The notes: generated from the letters alone by a model not told the origin. A DNA stretch of 57,186 nucleotides from a virus (IMGVR_UViG_3300044970_001263:1-57186), one strand, 5' to 3'; shown: positions 47,414-57,059, counted from the stretch's first letter. Program-made: numbers and translations.

Positions 47414-49573
47414 TCATTCTCCGATTATCCCACGCATCGTGAGTTTGCGCAAGAGGCTCGCCATCTTGACTGGCAACTCCGACGGATCGGCGCAGTCAAT
47501 AAACTCTGGGTACATCTTGCGGTTGTCGTCGTCAGCCCCATAAGTCCCGATGCCTACACCGATCACGATGCCGCCCTCTTTGCGGATTGACTCCACGAGA
47601 TCCTTGACATTCTCAGCGACCGCGCCATCCGTGAACTGAACCACGATGCGCTTCTTAGCATCAACCGCCTTGAGCCGCTCCCACGCCACAGCCAGACCTT
47701 CAGCGGCTGGCGTACCGCCACCACCCCAAGTCCACATATTGGTGAGAGCCTCGTGCGTCAGCGGATCGCTGAACTTCTTGACGATGCCAACCCGCCAGTC
47801 GGAGAATGCGTGCACCTCGTGCGGGATGCTGGAGCGCGAGAGCGCAGCCGACATCAACGCCGATGCTTGCAAGGCGTAGTAGAGCGGCGGGATAATCCCA
47901 CGCCGACCATACATTTCCTTACGAGCAGCATCCAGATCCAGTTTGCTCTTGTGCCCATTGGCGATCCAGTCCTGCGCTAGTCGCATTACTGAACCTTCGT
48001 GCTGATTCAGCGACTCTGCGAAGTCCTTGAGTTGCGTTGTGTGAGCCGCACCCTCCGTCATTGAACCGCTGAGATCCACCGACAGAATGAATGCGCTGCC
48101 ACCGCTGCGACCAGTATCTGGCTCGCGGAAAATATTCATCTTACCAAGTGCAGCCTGTGACGCACGGCGTACATCAAGCCGACCAGTCCGCTCAAACGAG
48201 CGATGCTTACGCCCCGCCTTTGTCTGAGAGAATGTCCGCATCTGCAGAGCCAACGCATTTGCATAAGCACCGACCTCAGCCACCATATTTGCAGCCGCTG
48301 CCTTGTCCTGCTTGAGCACTTCCTCTGATGGCGCGTAGTACTGGTTGCGATTGACTGGTACGACATTGACAGACGCTCCGTCATAGCCGACCTTGCCGCT
48401 GCCGATGGATACCTTGACACGACCATACTCGTCGCCGAGATTCTCAAAGTCCAAGTCCAACTTATTCAGCGGACTGCTTCCACGATTCTGAGTCGGAGTC
48501 AGATTAGTCTGCGGCGCATAGGTGGACTGCTCCACATTGTCGCTCCACAGCGTTGCCTCTGGCTTGAGGGCATCCAACTTCTTGATGAGGCTACGAGCAC
48601 GGCGGCGGATTGAGTCGCTGGTTGCGCCACCCACCACCTTGTCGTTCTTGCCATCAGAGTTGATTTCCCTGCGTGAGTCGCTAACCTGCGTCCCATCTCC
48701 CATACGCTGCATTGCCTCTCGCTCGTGGCGACGCTCATCCGCATCGTAGGTCGTGCTGTCGGTCTCCTTGATTTGGGCTGTGCTTGAATCGCCGCCCGAC
48801 GCTGAGCCTCGTGCAGACCCCCCATCTTGAGCATCCTGATTAGACGCGCTAGGAGCCTCGTTGCCGCTCTTAGGGTCACCAGACCCTACTCCCTGACCCT
48901 GCGTGCCTCCTCGTGGCTCCTGCCCCCCTGTACGAGGCATCTCTGGGGCTGGGGACGGCTGTGCTGCAGCCTTTGCCTTGCGCCCACGGCTGGCGATCTG
49001 GTCGGCTACCTCATCAAAGAGTGGGAACACCCGCTCTACGATTGGCAGCAACTCCTCCGTTGTCTTTGCAGCCCGAGCCGCATCACGCAGCCCAGACTCG
49101 CGGAACTTCTTTGCCAACTCCCGCGCTCGCGGCTTGAGAATCTGTGAGTCGTATTCATATCCTGCTACCTCTAGATACAGCGACTTGATTGCCTGAATGA
49201 TCCACGCTTCTCCCTGAACCTGAGGGATCGTCTGATCTACAAGGTTGCGCTGGAACTGCACGCGCAGACCACGCTTCTTGTGGAATGACTTGCGCTCCAT
49301 ACGCCCATCCTCAAGAGAGTTTAGAATCATCATAGTGCCTTCGTCCAAGTGCCGAGCCGCAGTTGCCGAAGTGCTCGTGATATGCAGAGCCTCGTGCGCT
49401 GCTAGATCCTGAGCATACGGCGACCCGACTGGCAGACTGACCACGCGCTGAGGAATGTGAGTGTTGGCTCCGTGAGCGATGTCACGGATGACAACTGGAT
49501 CCCCACTATTCCCAGCGAATGCGTCAATGTACGATGCCAACTGAGAGCGGTTGAAGCGGTACTTCTTAGACAT
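47414..49573 (-). CDS. CobT-like vWA-domain protein
   Basis: HEALH and NSLEDGRME N-domain, disordered linker, GRLD, MIDAS DLSGSM, GGTP, FTDG. Confidence 0.88.
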   Translation of the reverse strand: MSKKYRFNRSQLASYIDAFAGNSGDPVVIRDIAHGANTHIPQRVVSLPVGSPYAQDLAAHEALHITSTSATAARHLDEGTMMILNSLEDGRMERKSFHKKRGLRVQFQRNLVDQTIPQVQGEAWIIQAIKSLYLEVAGYEYDSQILKPRARELAKKFRESGLRDAARAAKTTEELLPIVERVFPLFDEVADQIASRGRKAKAAAQPSPAPEMPRTGGQEPRGGTQGQGVGSGDPKSGNEAPSASNQDAQDGGSARGSASGGDSSTAQIKETDSTTYDADERRHEREAMQRMGDGTQVSDSRREINSDGKNDKVVGGATSDSIRRRARSLIKKLDALKPEATLWSDNVEQSTYAPQTNLTPTQNRGSSPLNKLDLDFENLGDEYGRVKVSIGSGKVGYDGASVNVVPVNRNQYYAPSEEVLKQDKAAAANMVAEVGAYANALALQMRTFSQTKAGRKHRSFERTGRLDVRRASQAALGKMNIFREPDTGRSGGSAFILSVDLSGSMTEGAAHTTQLKDFAESLNQHEGSVMRLAQDWIANGHKSKLDLDAARKEMYGRRGIIPPLYYALQASALMSAALSRSSIPHEVHAFSDWRVGIVKKFSDPLTHEALTNMWTWGGGGTPAAEGLAVAWERLKAVDAKKRIVVQFTDGAVAENVKDLVESIRKEGGIVIGVGIGTYGADDDNRKMYPEFIDCADPSELPVKMASLLRKLTMRGIIGE

Positions 49574-50558
49574 TTGCCACCTCCTCCACAACAGGCTGGC
49601 TCTCATCGTCGCCAGCGAACGCATCCAAGAACAACTTGTGAACGACAGGACGATCCTCGCCGTTGATCTTATTAGTGAACGCGATCTCTACCGCAGCCAT
49701 AATGCTGATCTCTGTTGAGAGCAGCGCGATGTCAATGGCGCGGCGGGTACTAGCCGTCACGAACATTGAGAGCGGTTGCTGCTTGACCTTCTGAGTCTCT
49801 GAGCCATCCTCATTCTTGATCGTCTCAAGAACTGGCTCGCCCAGACCAGCAGCACGGCGCACGCTGTTGAATACCTCAACGATGCGAGTCGCACGAGAAT
49901 GCTTGATCTTGCCAGCACGAGCGATGACTGCCGCTTCCTTCTCAGGATTCTCCAGACCGAGATACGCAACCTCTGCTACAATAAAGCGGTCAAGAGTTGC
50001 CTCGTTCAGAATGCGAGCACCAGCGTACTGACCGCTGTCTGCAGGGTTCGCCGTTGCCACCAACATAAATGCTGGATGCGGCTCAATGAACTCTGCACCA
50101 TCGGGCTTCTCATAGACATTGAGTCGGTACTCCGTTGCCAAGAAGTCGTGCAGTCGCATCAGCGTCCGCTCATCGGCAGCGTTGATCTCGTCCAAGACGA
50201 GGATGCCACCCTGACGCAGAGCCGTAGGGAGCGCACCATCACGCCACTCCACAGCGATGCCACCATTGCCAGTCACAGGGATCGGCATACCAATCAACTG
50301 ATCGGTCGTCGTTCCCTCAGCCAGCGAGACAACATAGACAGGCAGCCCCAACTGGTTGGCGAACCAACGAATCGCAGCATTCTTACCAGTCCCAGTATGC
50401 CCAGTCAGCATTACAGGACGCTTGTGCTTGAACCCAAGAGCGAGAGCCGTAGCCTCCTCACCCTGAATCTCGTAATCCTCAGGCTTCGGGATTAGATGCT
50501 CCCCACCTGAAATCTTTGGCTTCTCCAATGAGATGCCCTGAATCTGTACTTCTGCCAC
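49566..50558 (-). CDS. MoxR/CobS-like AAA+ ATPase
   Basis: GHTGTGKN, LVLDEIN, ATANP, LNEATLDRF, STR. Confidence 0.92.
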   Translation of the reverse strand: MAEVQIQGISLEKPKISGGEHLIPKPEDYEIQGEEATALALGFKHKRPVMLTGHTGTGKNAAIRWFANQLGLPVYVVSLAEGTTTDQLIGMPIPVTGNGGIAVEWRDGALPTALRQGGILVLDEINAADERTLMRLHDFLATEYRLNVYEKPDGAEFIEPHPAFMLVATANPADSGQYAGARILNEATLDRFIVAEVAYLGLENPEKEAAVIARAGKIKHSRATRIVEVFNSVRRAAGLGEPVLETIKNEDGSETQKVKQQPLSMFVTASTRRAIDIALLSTEISIMAAVEIAFTNKINGEDRPVVHKLFLDAFAGDDESQPVVEEVANV

Positions 50559-50629
50559 ATTACACCTCCTCCATACTTCGGGGCAGCCGAACGACTGCCC
50601 TCACAACCTATACCCTGAAACCTAACAGA

Positions 50630-50903
50630 CCTGATTTCCATTTCCTTTGTCCTTCCATTTACTAGCGGCTGGTTTGTGGGGGGTGCACTCTTACTACAAA
50701 GTCCCCACCGACCAATCTTGAGGCTAATGAACCAAAGGTTCGCCCCAGCAGAACAGGTAGTTCGGGGTGTCTGCCACCTCATCCCCTAGCGATAGATCTT
50801 TGATGGCTACCTTTCACCGAGAGCGGCGCAACTGGCTTATGTACACTCCACCAGTCACTAATGCTCAGGGTTACCACGAGTCGCCAGACCCATCGTCCCT
50901 TCC
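50630..50903 (-). ncRNA. Candidate ~270-nt structured RNA
   Basis: Lies between boxes 50911 and 50612 with no RBS-led ORF; several hairpins. Confidence 0.45.
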
Positions 50904-51031
50904 ACTATATACCCTAGATCCTAACATAGCATCTTTGGTACACAGGATACCCTAAACCCTAACACACCATACTGACCCTAGATTCTAACACACCAACCAT
51001 TTGTTATAAAATAAACAAATGGTAAATAAAT

Positions 51032-51229
51032 CTAAACCTTCAATCCGTACCGACGCAGATCGCGTTTGAGATTCTGCACCGCACGATTATCGCTTGGCGT
51101 GAACGATGAGAACACCTTCGCACCATTCGGGGAGACCCACGATAGATGCGTGTTCTTTCGCTGCTCAACTCGCCAGCCCTGCGAAACCGCGATGTCAAAT
51201 AAATCTTGGTAAACCTTCGGGACTCTCAT
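51032..51229 (-). CDS. HicA-like protein
   Basis: QGWRVE....HL....P.G......TPSD.RA..NL..DLRR.G. Confidence 0.75.
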   Translation of the reverse strand: MRVPKVYQDLFDIAVSQGWRVEQRKNTHLSWVSPNGAKVFSSFTPSDNRAVQNLKRDLRRYGLKV

Positions 51230-51366
51230 CTCAGAATGCTCCAAACAATAATCCCCAAAGTAATCAGCGCGCAGACTGCGATGGTCGCATCCTGCCGCTC
51301 TCGTGTCTTACGAGCCTCCTTCACATAATATGACTCAATGTTGCGTACCTTCTTGCGTGTCCTCAT
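51226..51366 (-). CDS. Small basic single-TM protein (46 aa)
   Basis: Translated by hand; AAGGAGG RBS, ATGA overlaps on both sides. Confidence 0.7.
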   Translation of the reverse strand: MRTRKKVRNIESYYVKEARKTRERQDATIAVCALITLGIIVWSILR

Positions 51367-51731
51367 TCCACACCTCCTTGCTCAATGTCCAAATAGCGGG
51401 ACTTCTTGCCCACAACAAACTCCAGTTGCGTTAGCAGCCGCTTCGCCTCGTCCAGTTTGAGACGGATCGGCATCAAGTCATCAGCCAGATCACGACCTTC
51501 TGGGCTTGAGACCCAGATCGTCACGAGCGCATCCTGACCTAGTTCGCTCTGCTCATCAAAGTCTGCGTCCACCCATAGAGAGATCTGACCGACGATGCCG
51601 ACGAACGGATCGCTGTAGACAGGAACCTCCTGCCCATAGTCAAACACATTCTTGTCGTTCTCCTGTCGCTCAATCGTTGCGTGAACCGCATCCTGAATCA
51701 CCAGCGGGAAATCTTTCGCGTTCATACTCAA
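51363..51731 (-). CDS. Acidic hypothetical protein
   Basis: RBS and ATGA coupling. Confidence 0.75.
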   Translation of the reverse strand: MSMNAKDFPLVIQDAVHATIERQENDKNVFDYGQEVPVYSDPFVGIVGQISLWVDADFDEQSELGQDALVTIWVSSPEGRDLADDLMPIRLKLDEAKRLLTQLEFVVGKKSRYLDIEQGGVE

Positions 51732-52510
51732 CCTCCGATGCTCATAAAGCCTTCGTCATTCCAAAGGCGCATTCCGTTGTCGTAATATTCCTTACTGATC
51801 ACTCGCTTAGGGTCGTCCTCCCAGAATGGATCAACCTCAATAGTCTCACCTTCTGACTCAACTTCCCAGAAGCCTTCGTCTGTGCATTCTCCGTTGATGA
51901 AAGTATTCTCTCCGATGAAGCCCATCCCCATCTCTGCAAACTTGATATGCACGATCAGGTCAGGATACTTCGCCGATAGTTTTTCTAGGATACGCATCGG
52001 TGGAGACCACGCCGTATCAAAGTTGATAGACACAGCGCGGTCGTACTGGTTGTAGCCAGAGACGGATACATCATCCCCGCTAACGCCCCACTTCGTGCCC
52101 CAGTTTGCGATATTCCAGTTCCACCAGAATAGTGGGTGCTCCGACACCTTGATTCCCAAGTGTTCTGGGCAACGCTCAACAGGAGAGCCGATCTCGCTGG
52201 CAAACGATCCGTCAATCTTTGCGTTATCCTTCAGCGGTGGCTTGCCATTGACTAGCCACGCTCCATTAGGAGCCTCGCCCACATACTCAGCCTTGCAGTC
52301 GCACCCTACATAAGAGTGCTGCGACGGCTCGCCCCGATAGATGCGCGCATCCTCTGGGTCGCCAATCGGCGGTGGCACAATCTTGGCGAAGTCAAAGTCA
52401 GAGTGCTCCGACTTGATCTCGCTAAGAATCTGCTTCAGTCTCTCCTCCGCAGACTCAGCCTTGTCGCTCTCAGCCCTGAGCGTAATAGTATTGCCGCACC
52501 AGTTAGGCAT
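51728..52510 (-). CDS. DUF1281/YubB ferredoxin-like domain protein
   Basis: MPNWC.N, WNIANWGTKW, FDTAWSPP. Confidence 0.85.
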   Translation of the reverse strand: MPNWCGNTITLRAESDKAESAEERLKQILSEIKSEHSDFDFAKIVPPPIGDPEDARIYRGEPSQHSYVGCDCKAEYVGEAPNGAWLVNGKPPLKDNAKIDGSFASEIGSPVERCPEHLGIKVSEHPLFWWNWNIANWGTKWGVSGDDVSVSGYNQYDRAVSINFDTAWSPPMRILEKLSAKYPDLIVHIKFAEMGMGFIGENTFINGECTDEGFWEVESEGETIEVDPFWEDDPKRVISKEYYDNGMRLWNDEGFMSIGG

Positions 52511-52707
52511 TAGAACCTCCCCTTCTTGTTGTAATGATTGCTAAGCGTCTGATCAACCTTGTCGCCGACCAGTAGGATCACACCAAGCAGACCAAGACCA
52601 GACAACGCCCCGACGATCACGCCGAGAGAGTTGTTGCCGTTCAGCCCTGCGATGAATCCACCTCCGAACATAAACCCGAATGCTACTAGCGTATCCTTCG
52701 TATCCAT
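52510..52707 (-). CDS. Gly-rich small membrane protein, paralog of 3373-3558
   Basis: MDTKDTL...GLG.L....D.VD..L..HY. Confidence 0.85.
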   Translation of the reverse strand: MDTKDTLVAFGFMFGGGFIAGLNGNNSLGVIVGALSGLGLLGVILLVGDKVDQTLSNHYNKKGRF

Positions 52708-52773
52708 CTCAACCTCCTTCTCTACTTGATGAGGGAACTTCCCTCATTATATACCCTAGATCCTAACAGACCA

Positions 52774-53184
52774 CTATTCCCAAACATATTCCAAGTCAGG
52801 AGATTCATCCCAACCGAACTTAGAATAGTACTCAGGATTCTTACGCAGCAGATTGCTCCGATGCGATGCGTGGAAGTCCTCGCGTCCCAACCACTTTGGA
52901 ACTACGATAGCCGTCTTGTAGTTTCGGTACGCCATAATCTTGGCGAAGCAAGTGTCCTTGTATCCTCGCTTGATCCACTCAGTACAAATCACCATCCCAT
53001 AGATCGCCAGAGCGTTCTCGTAGCCGCGCCACATCTTTGTGGCGGGATGGTTCACCCACCCCTTTGTCTCGCCAGCCAACGCTTTCAGCAGTTGTAAAAC
53101 TTCTACGCGCTGCTTACCAAGTCGTTGGCGGTCAAGAACTTGCGCCGACTTCTCAAAGTCGTTGTACGGCAGGAAAGTCTGCAT
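52774..53184 (-). CDS. Pyrimidine-dimer glycosylase/endonuclease V-like (MSMEG_6728 family)
   Basis: MQTFLPY...LD..RLGKQRVE...HPA..MW...SHRSNLLRK. Confidence 0.85.
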   Translation of the reverse strand: MQTFLPYNDFEKSAQVLDRQRLGKQRVEVLQLLKALAGETKGWVNHPATKMWRGYENALAIYGMVICTEWIKRGYKDTCFAKIMAYRNYKTAIVVPKWLGREDFHASHRSNLLRKNPEYYSKFGWDESPDLEYVWE

Positions 53185-53600
53185 TAGTCCCACCACCAGA
53201 CTACTTGGTCGCCACGAATCTCAAACTCGTCCGCTCCAAGATTCGCACCTCGTAGCGCAGCAAGAGTCAGCGTCTTTGAGTCTCCGACAGGCGTAGAGGC
53301 ACACAGACCCTCAACGCTAAGTCGTGCGTCCGTGCGTCCTTGACCGACAACATACCCGATGAAGTGAACATCTAGTCCCTGCTCCATCAGTTTGCCAGCC
53401 TCAATGAGAAGCATCGGCAGACCGATAAAGTTATTCCATCGTGTAATATCTGCCAACTCAGGAGCAGCCTCAATCGCACCGATCAACTCGCCGACCGACA
53501 CATTTGAGAACCTTCGTAGCCCACCGCTCCAGTCGCCATCAAAGTTCCCGACCAGCGCATCCTCAATACGAGAGACCGCCAGATCCTTATCCTCAGACAT
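53184..53600 (-). CDS. Hypothetical protein
   Basis: GAGGAGG RBS; C-terminal WWWD. Confidence 0.75.
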   Translation of the reverse strand: MSEDKDLAVSRIEDALVGNFDGDWSGGLRRFSNVSVGELIGAIEAAPELADITRWNNFIGLPMLLIEAGKLMEQGLDVHFIGYVVGQGRTDARLSVEGLCASTPVGDSKTLTLAALRGANLGADEFEIRGDQVVWWWD

Positions 53601-53802
53601 TATCCACCTCCTCATCTAAATCCTCAAACCCAGAGACCAGAGCCTCCCCGACAATCTGTCGTGGGTCAGCATCGTAAACCACAGGGACGGCTCGGTCAAT
53701 AACCTTGTCGTCCTCCTGAATCACGATTACATCCAGCCCCTCAATATCGGTTGTCGCATCAGCGACTAGACCACCACGAACCTGAATCACTACTACTGGC
53801 AT
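53593..53802 (-). CDS. Small acidic protein
   Basis: I.V.GG.V motif; A box at 53826 plus RBS. Confidence 0.8.
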   Translation of the reverse strand: MPVVVIQVRGGLVADATTDIEGLDVIVIQEDDKVIDRAVPVVYDADPRQIVGEALVSGFEDLDEEVDNV

Positions 53803-53845
53803 ACTTCCCTCCTTCCCTACTATATACCCTAGAACCTAACATACC

Positions 53846-54175
53846 TTATTGGTGCTGCTCTGGCAGACAAGCCGCGCAGTACGGAACACCTATATCGGTA
53901 TTCAGTTGCTTAGACGCTGGGTCGTACCAAATAATATCGTCCTCAACCACAATGCCGTCGCACTCTGAGCAGTTCTCTACATCGTCAAACTTCTCAGCCC
54001 TGCGATCCTCGCAGCCCCGACAATAAACCAGCACCACGCCAGACCAGTTCTTGTTGCTGTAAAACCACTCGCCGTTGTTATCATTGGCTTGTAGCGACTC
54101 GCCGCATTGGTCGCACTTTGTTGGCTCCTCGTCCATCAAAATCTTTCTATTCATCTGATCACTCATCGCTGCCAT
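53846..54175 (-). CDS. Double zinc-ribbon protein
   Basis: Four CxxC pairs. Confidence 0.75.
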   Translation of the reverse strand: MAAMSDQMNRKILMDEEPTKCDQCGESLQANDNNGEWFYSNKNWSGVVLVYCRGCEDRRAEKFDDVENCSECDGIVVEDDIIWYDPASKQLNTDIGVPYCAACLPEQHQ

Positions 54176-54378
54176 CAGTCCTCCTCGTAGCCGTCAAACC
54201 ACGCGCCGTACTTTGCCGTGTGTGCCTTACCCGCTACGCTCTGCGTCGTGCTGCTGCTTGTGTCTGGGTCGGAGCACCATCGCTGAACCTGTTCTAGCGT
54301 CTTGCCCCTTGCCAGAACCCGCGTAGGCTCGTCGCTCAGATACATCCGAACCACCTTGTACTTCTTGCCGTCGCTCAT
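54175..54378 (-). CDS. Hypothetical protein
   Basis: A box at 54399 and AAGGAGG; TLEQVQRWC.DP.TSS...WFDGY. Confidence 0.8.
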   Translation of the reverse strand: MSDGKKYKVVRMYLSDEPTRVLARGKTLEQVQRWCSDPDTSSSTTQSVAGKAHTAKYGAWFDGYEED

Positions 54379-54401
54379 AGCCACCTCCTTCACTATATAC
54401 C

Positions 54402-54767
54402 CTAGACCCTAACAGACCGCTCTACGCTCTTGACCGATCCACAACGATGGCATCGGAAAGTCTTGCCGTCCCACTTGTCTGGTTCTGGCTCAACCTCCAC
54501 GCCTCCTGCGTCAGTCGTCCCGAATCCGTCCGCGTTCACATCATTACCGCACTCGCAGACAAGGAAGTCGCCGTCGTACCTGATCTCGTGCTCCTGATGG
54601 TCGTAGGCTCGTCCCGCGTGAACCGCGCTGATCTCCTCCTCCCACCAGTCGCCGATCTCCATCTCTCTGGCGATCTCCTCAGCCTTCCGCATTGCTTCCG
54701 CTGCGGTCTTGGCTTCCACTCTGATCTCAACATCCGCTACCTTGCGAACCTCAACCTCAAAGATCAT
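54402..54767 (-). CDS. Zinc-ribbon hypothetical protein
   Basis: CECG and CHRC; the stop codon lies inside a box. Confidence 0.75.
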   Translation of the reverse strand: MIFEVEVRKVADVEIRVEAKTAAEAMRKAEEIAREMEIGDWWEEEISAVHAGRAYDHQEHEIRYDGDFLVCECGNDVNADGFGTTDAGGVEVEPEPDKWDGKTFRCHRCGSVKSVERSVRV

Positions 54768-55039
54768 TACTGAACCTCCTCGTCAATGAATCCGTCCAGT
54801 CGGAACTGATCAACGATCACCCCCGCTGGCACTTCCGTGCCGTATACCCGATGCGAGACACCCTCTGGCATCTCAATGCGCTCGTCGCTGTCTCCGTTGC
54901 GTACCGCCTCAATCGCCGCCTGTGCCACCGCGATCATAGATCGTGGCGGTGCGGGATAGAGATTGCTGGTCATATGCCACTCCAACGCGACATCCTCGCT
55001 TGCTACCTCGCGCATCCCCATCAGTCCTGTGTATCCCAT
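54767..55039 (-). CDS. Hypothetical protein
   Basis: A box at 55063 plus AAGGAGG. Confidence 0.8.
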   Translation of the reverse strand: MGYTGLMGMREVASEDVALEWHMTSNLYPAPPRSMIAVAQAAIEAVRNGDSDERIEMPEGVSHRVYGTEVPAGVIVDQFRLDGFIDEEVQ

Positions 55040-55081
55040 ATCAGTACCTCCTTCCACTATATACCCTAGAACCTAACATAC

Positions 55082-55387
55082 CTATTCTAGATACCACTCA
55101 ACCTCAGCGAGATCGCCGTCGTAGAGCATCTGCTCAACCGCAGCGAGATCCATCCCTCGCACCACTTGCGCGAACGCCGTGTCGCAGTCCAAGCAGTAGA
55201 GTTCCTCAGCCGTAGTCTGGTCAGGGAATAGATCCTCGTAGAAGTCGCTCAGCCAGAACGCCCGACCACCATCCTCAAAAGGTTTCAGGTTTGCCAGCAC
55301 CTTCGCCGTGATGCTGATGCCACGAGGGTAGTCCGCTTCCTTTGCCTCGTCGCACTTGTGTCTGTAATACTTATTCTCTCCTGCCAT
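55082..55387 (-). CDS. Hypothetical protein (HxC...CxxC)
   Basis: A box at 55424 plus AAGGAGG. Confidence 0.8.
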   Translation of the reverse strand: MAGENKYYRHKCDEAKEADYPRGISITAKVLANLKPFEDGGRAFWLSDFYEDLFPDQTTAEELYCLDCDTAFAQVVRGMDLAAVEQMLYDGDLAEVEWYLE

Positions 55388-55426
55388 ATAGCACCTCCTT
55401 CTTGCTATGCCTTCCTACTATATACC

Positions 55427-55687
55427 CTAAACCCTAACATACCGCAAGATATTCTGCGCTGTGTGTGCCACAAACTTCTCGTGCTCCCCGCACTCGCACG
55501 GAGCGCAGTCCAAGCAGTAGAAACTCGTTGCCTCAGCAGCGTTATCCTCATTGACCACGATAAAGATATTCTTGGGGTGATCCGAATCCACCCGCACGCC
55601 TCTATCGCTCACCCAGAATCCAGCCACCACCTCGTCGGGGTAGTAGATCAGCGTGTCGCACTTGCTACAAGTCCTTGCCTCGTACAT
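55427..55687 (-). CDS. Cys-rich hypothetical protein
   Basis: A box at 55710 plus AAGGAGG; the stop codon lies inside a box. Confidence 0.8.
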   Translation of the reverse strand: MYEARTCSKCDTLIYYPDEVVAGFWVSDRGVRVDSDHPKNIFIVVNEDNAAEATSFYCLDCAPCECGEHEKFVAHTAQNILRYVRV

Positions 55688-55728
55688 TGTTCCCTCCTTC
55701 CTACTATATACCCTAGACCCTAACATAC

Positions 55729-55998
55729 CTACTTGTTGGCAGGGAATCGCTCCACGAGCCAGTCGTATGCCTTCTTAGCGTCCTCGTCCCCTGCTGCCAT
55801 AGCGTTGCCTAGATGCCCTGCGATATTCACGATAGATCCGATCAGAGCACGAGCGTTGTCGCGTTGCTCACGCTCCACCACGCTCACAATGTTATCCCCA
55901 AAGAGAGCCGCCATCGTCGCGTATCCCTGCTTGTCGGGAGTCAGGTCAATGAATCCCTCGTTGCGTTCCTTGATTGCTGCGTCCTTCATAGCACCCAT
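55729..55998 (-). CDS. Hypothetical protein
   Basis: A box at 56022 plus AAGGAGG. Confidence 0.8.
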   Translation of the reverse strand: MGAMKDAAIKERNEGFIDLTPDKQGYATMAALFGDNIVSVVEREQRDNARALIGSIVNIAGHLGNAMAAGDEDAKKAYDWLVERFPANK

Positions 55999-56078
55999 AT
56001 CAGCACCTCCTTCTACTCTATACCCTAAACCCTAACATAGCGGTCGGGGGAGCCAGTCGCCCGACTCCCCCGATACCC

Positions 56079-56444
56079 CTAAATATAATCGCTCAACGCT
56101 ACTACCTTCTCCATAGTCTCACCCCACGCGCAGCGGTAGTGCTTCACTCGTAGATCGCTCCACCCCTTACGCCACTCCACATATGGTCGGTTCTCCTGAT
56201 CCTGCGGGTCAATCCCACGACCACACACATAGCAGTCTCGTGGCTCAACCTTGTAGGCATCAAGGTGCGCGATCCCACACTTCCAAGTGCGAGTCCTAGC
56301 CCACGCCCGACGAAAATCGTCAAGGGTATCCGCACCCTCATACGCCATCCACCGCTTGCTGATGTGCTCACGCCCATCAGGGAGCGTGGTTCTAATCACA
56401 CCCCAATGCTCTGGCAGCGAAGTATTCCCCTTGTAGTATCCCAT
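56079..56444 (-). CDS. Hypothetical protein (CxxC...HxxC)
   Basis: A box at 56494; hairpin at ~56045-56073 downstream. Confidence 0.8.
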   Translation of the reverse strand: MGYYKGNTSLPEHWGVIRTTLPDGREHISKRWMAYEGADTLDDFRRAWARTRTWKCGIAHLDAYKVEPRDCYVCGRGIDPQDQENRPYVEWRKGWSDLRVKHYRCAWGETMEKVVALSDYI

Positions 56445-56514
56445 ACCCTACCCCCTACTCTATCGGGATCAGATTGTCTGACCCTCACCATATACCCTAG
56501 ACCCTAACATACCC

Positions 56515-56691
56515 CTATGGCAGCAGAGTCTGATACTCCTTTGGGCACTCCTTGTCGTACCCATTGCGCGCTCCGATCCAAGTAAGATCCTCGTGCTGAG
56601 CGAATAGTCGGGTGAACTGCTTAGTCCACCCCTTCTCGCACGCCTCGTCAATCTCCTTCTGAATCTGAACCAGTCGCTCGTCAATGCTCAT
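56515..56691 (-). CDS. Small hypothetical protein (58 aa, MSIDERLVQ...)
   Basis: Translated by hand; A box at 56713 plus AGGAGG. Confidence 0.8.
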   Translation of the reverse strand: MSIDERLVQIQKEIDEACEKGWTKQFTRLFAQHEDLTWIGARNGYDKECPKEYQTLLP

Positions 56692-56810
56692 ATGCTCCTC
56701 CTTCCAACATATACCCTAAATCCTAACATACCTATTTGCTTATAAATATTGCGTAAATAATACCCTTATATACCCCTAAAAATCGCCCGAAATACCCTAG
56801 ATATATCAAC

Positions 56811-56984
56811 TCATAGGGGAGTCTGCTTCCCTCTACGAGCCAGTAGTGCCTCCTGCTCCATACGCTTCTGACGAGCCTTCTCCATCAGTTCGTTGTGGAG
56901 TCTAAGCGTACCCTTCCCACTCATTACCATACGGAATGAGCGTGAATCTACCTTCTTGTCTCTATTGCTCTTGTCGTAGTCCAT
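56811..56984 (-). CDS. Small basic protein (57 aa, MDYDKSNRD...)
   Basis: Translated by hand; A box at 57005 plus GAGGAGG. Confidence 0.8.
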   Translation of the reverse strand: MDYDKSNRDKKVDSRSFRMVMSGKGTLRLHNELMEKARQKRMEQEALLARRGKQTPL

Positions 56985-57059
56985 ATCCTACCTCCTCACT
57001 ATATACCCTAAATCCTAACATAGCAGTCTAGGCATAATCCTAGCGTATAACAAGGCGAC

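Larger units (their letters stand above)
50605..57020 (-). promoter_or_regulatory. Same core boxes, right part of the early arm
   Basis: Type A cores start at 50612, 50911, 52753, 53826, 54399, 55063, 55424, 55710, 56022, 56494, 56713, 57005. An A-like core lacking TAnnnT is at 50949 and a type B core at 50975. Nearly all type A copies lie just upstream of an RBS plus ATG. Confidence 0.9.

Noticed and set aside
50751-50763. Fifth LexA-type box
   Set aside because: The spacer is 5 nt (GAAC-AGGTA-GTTC), not 4.
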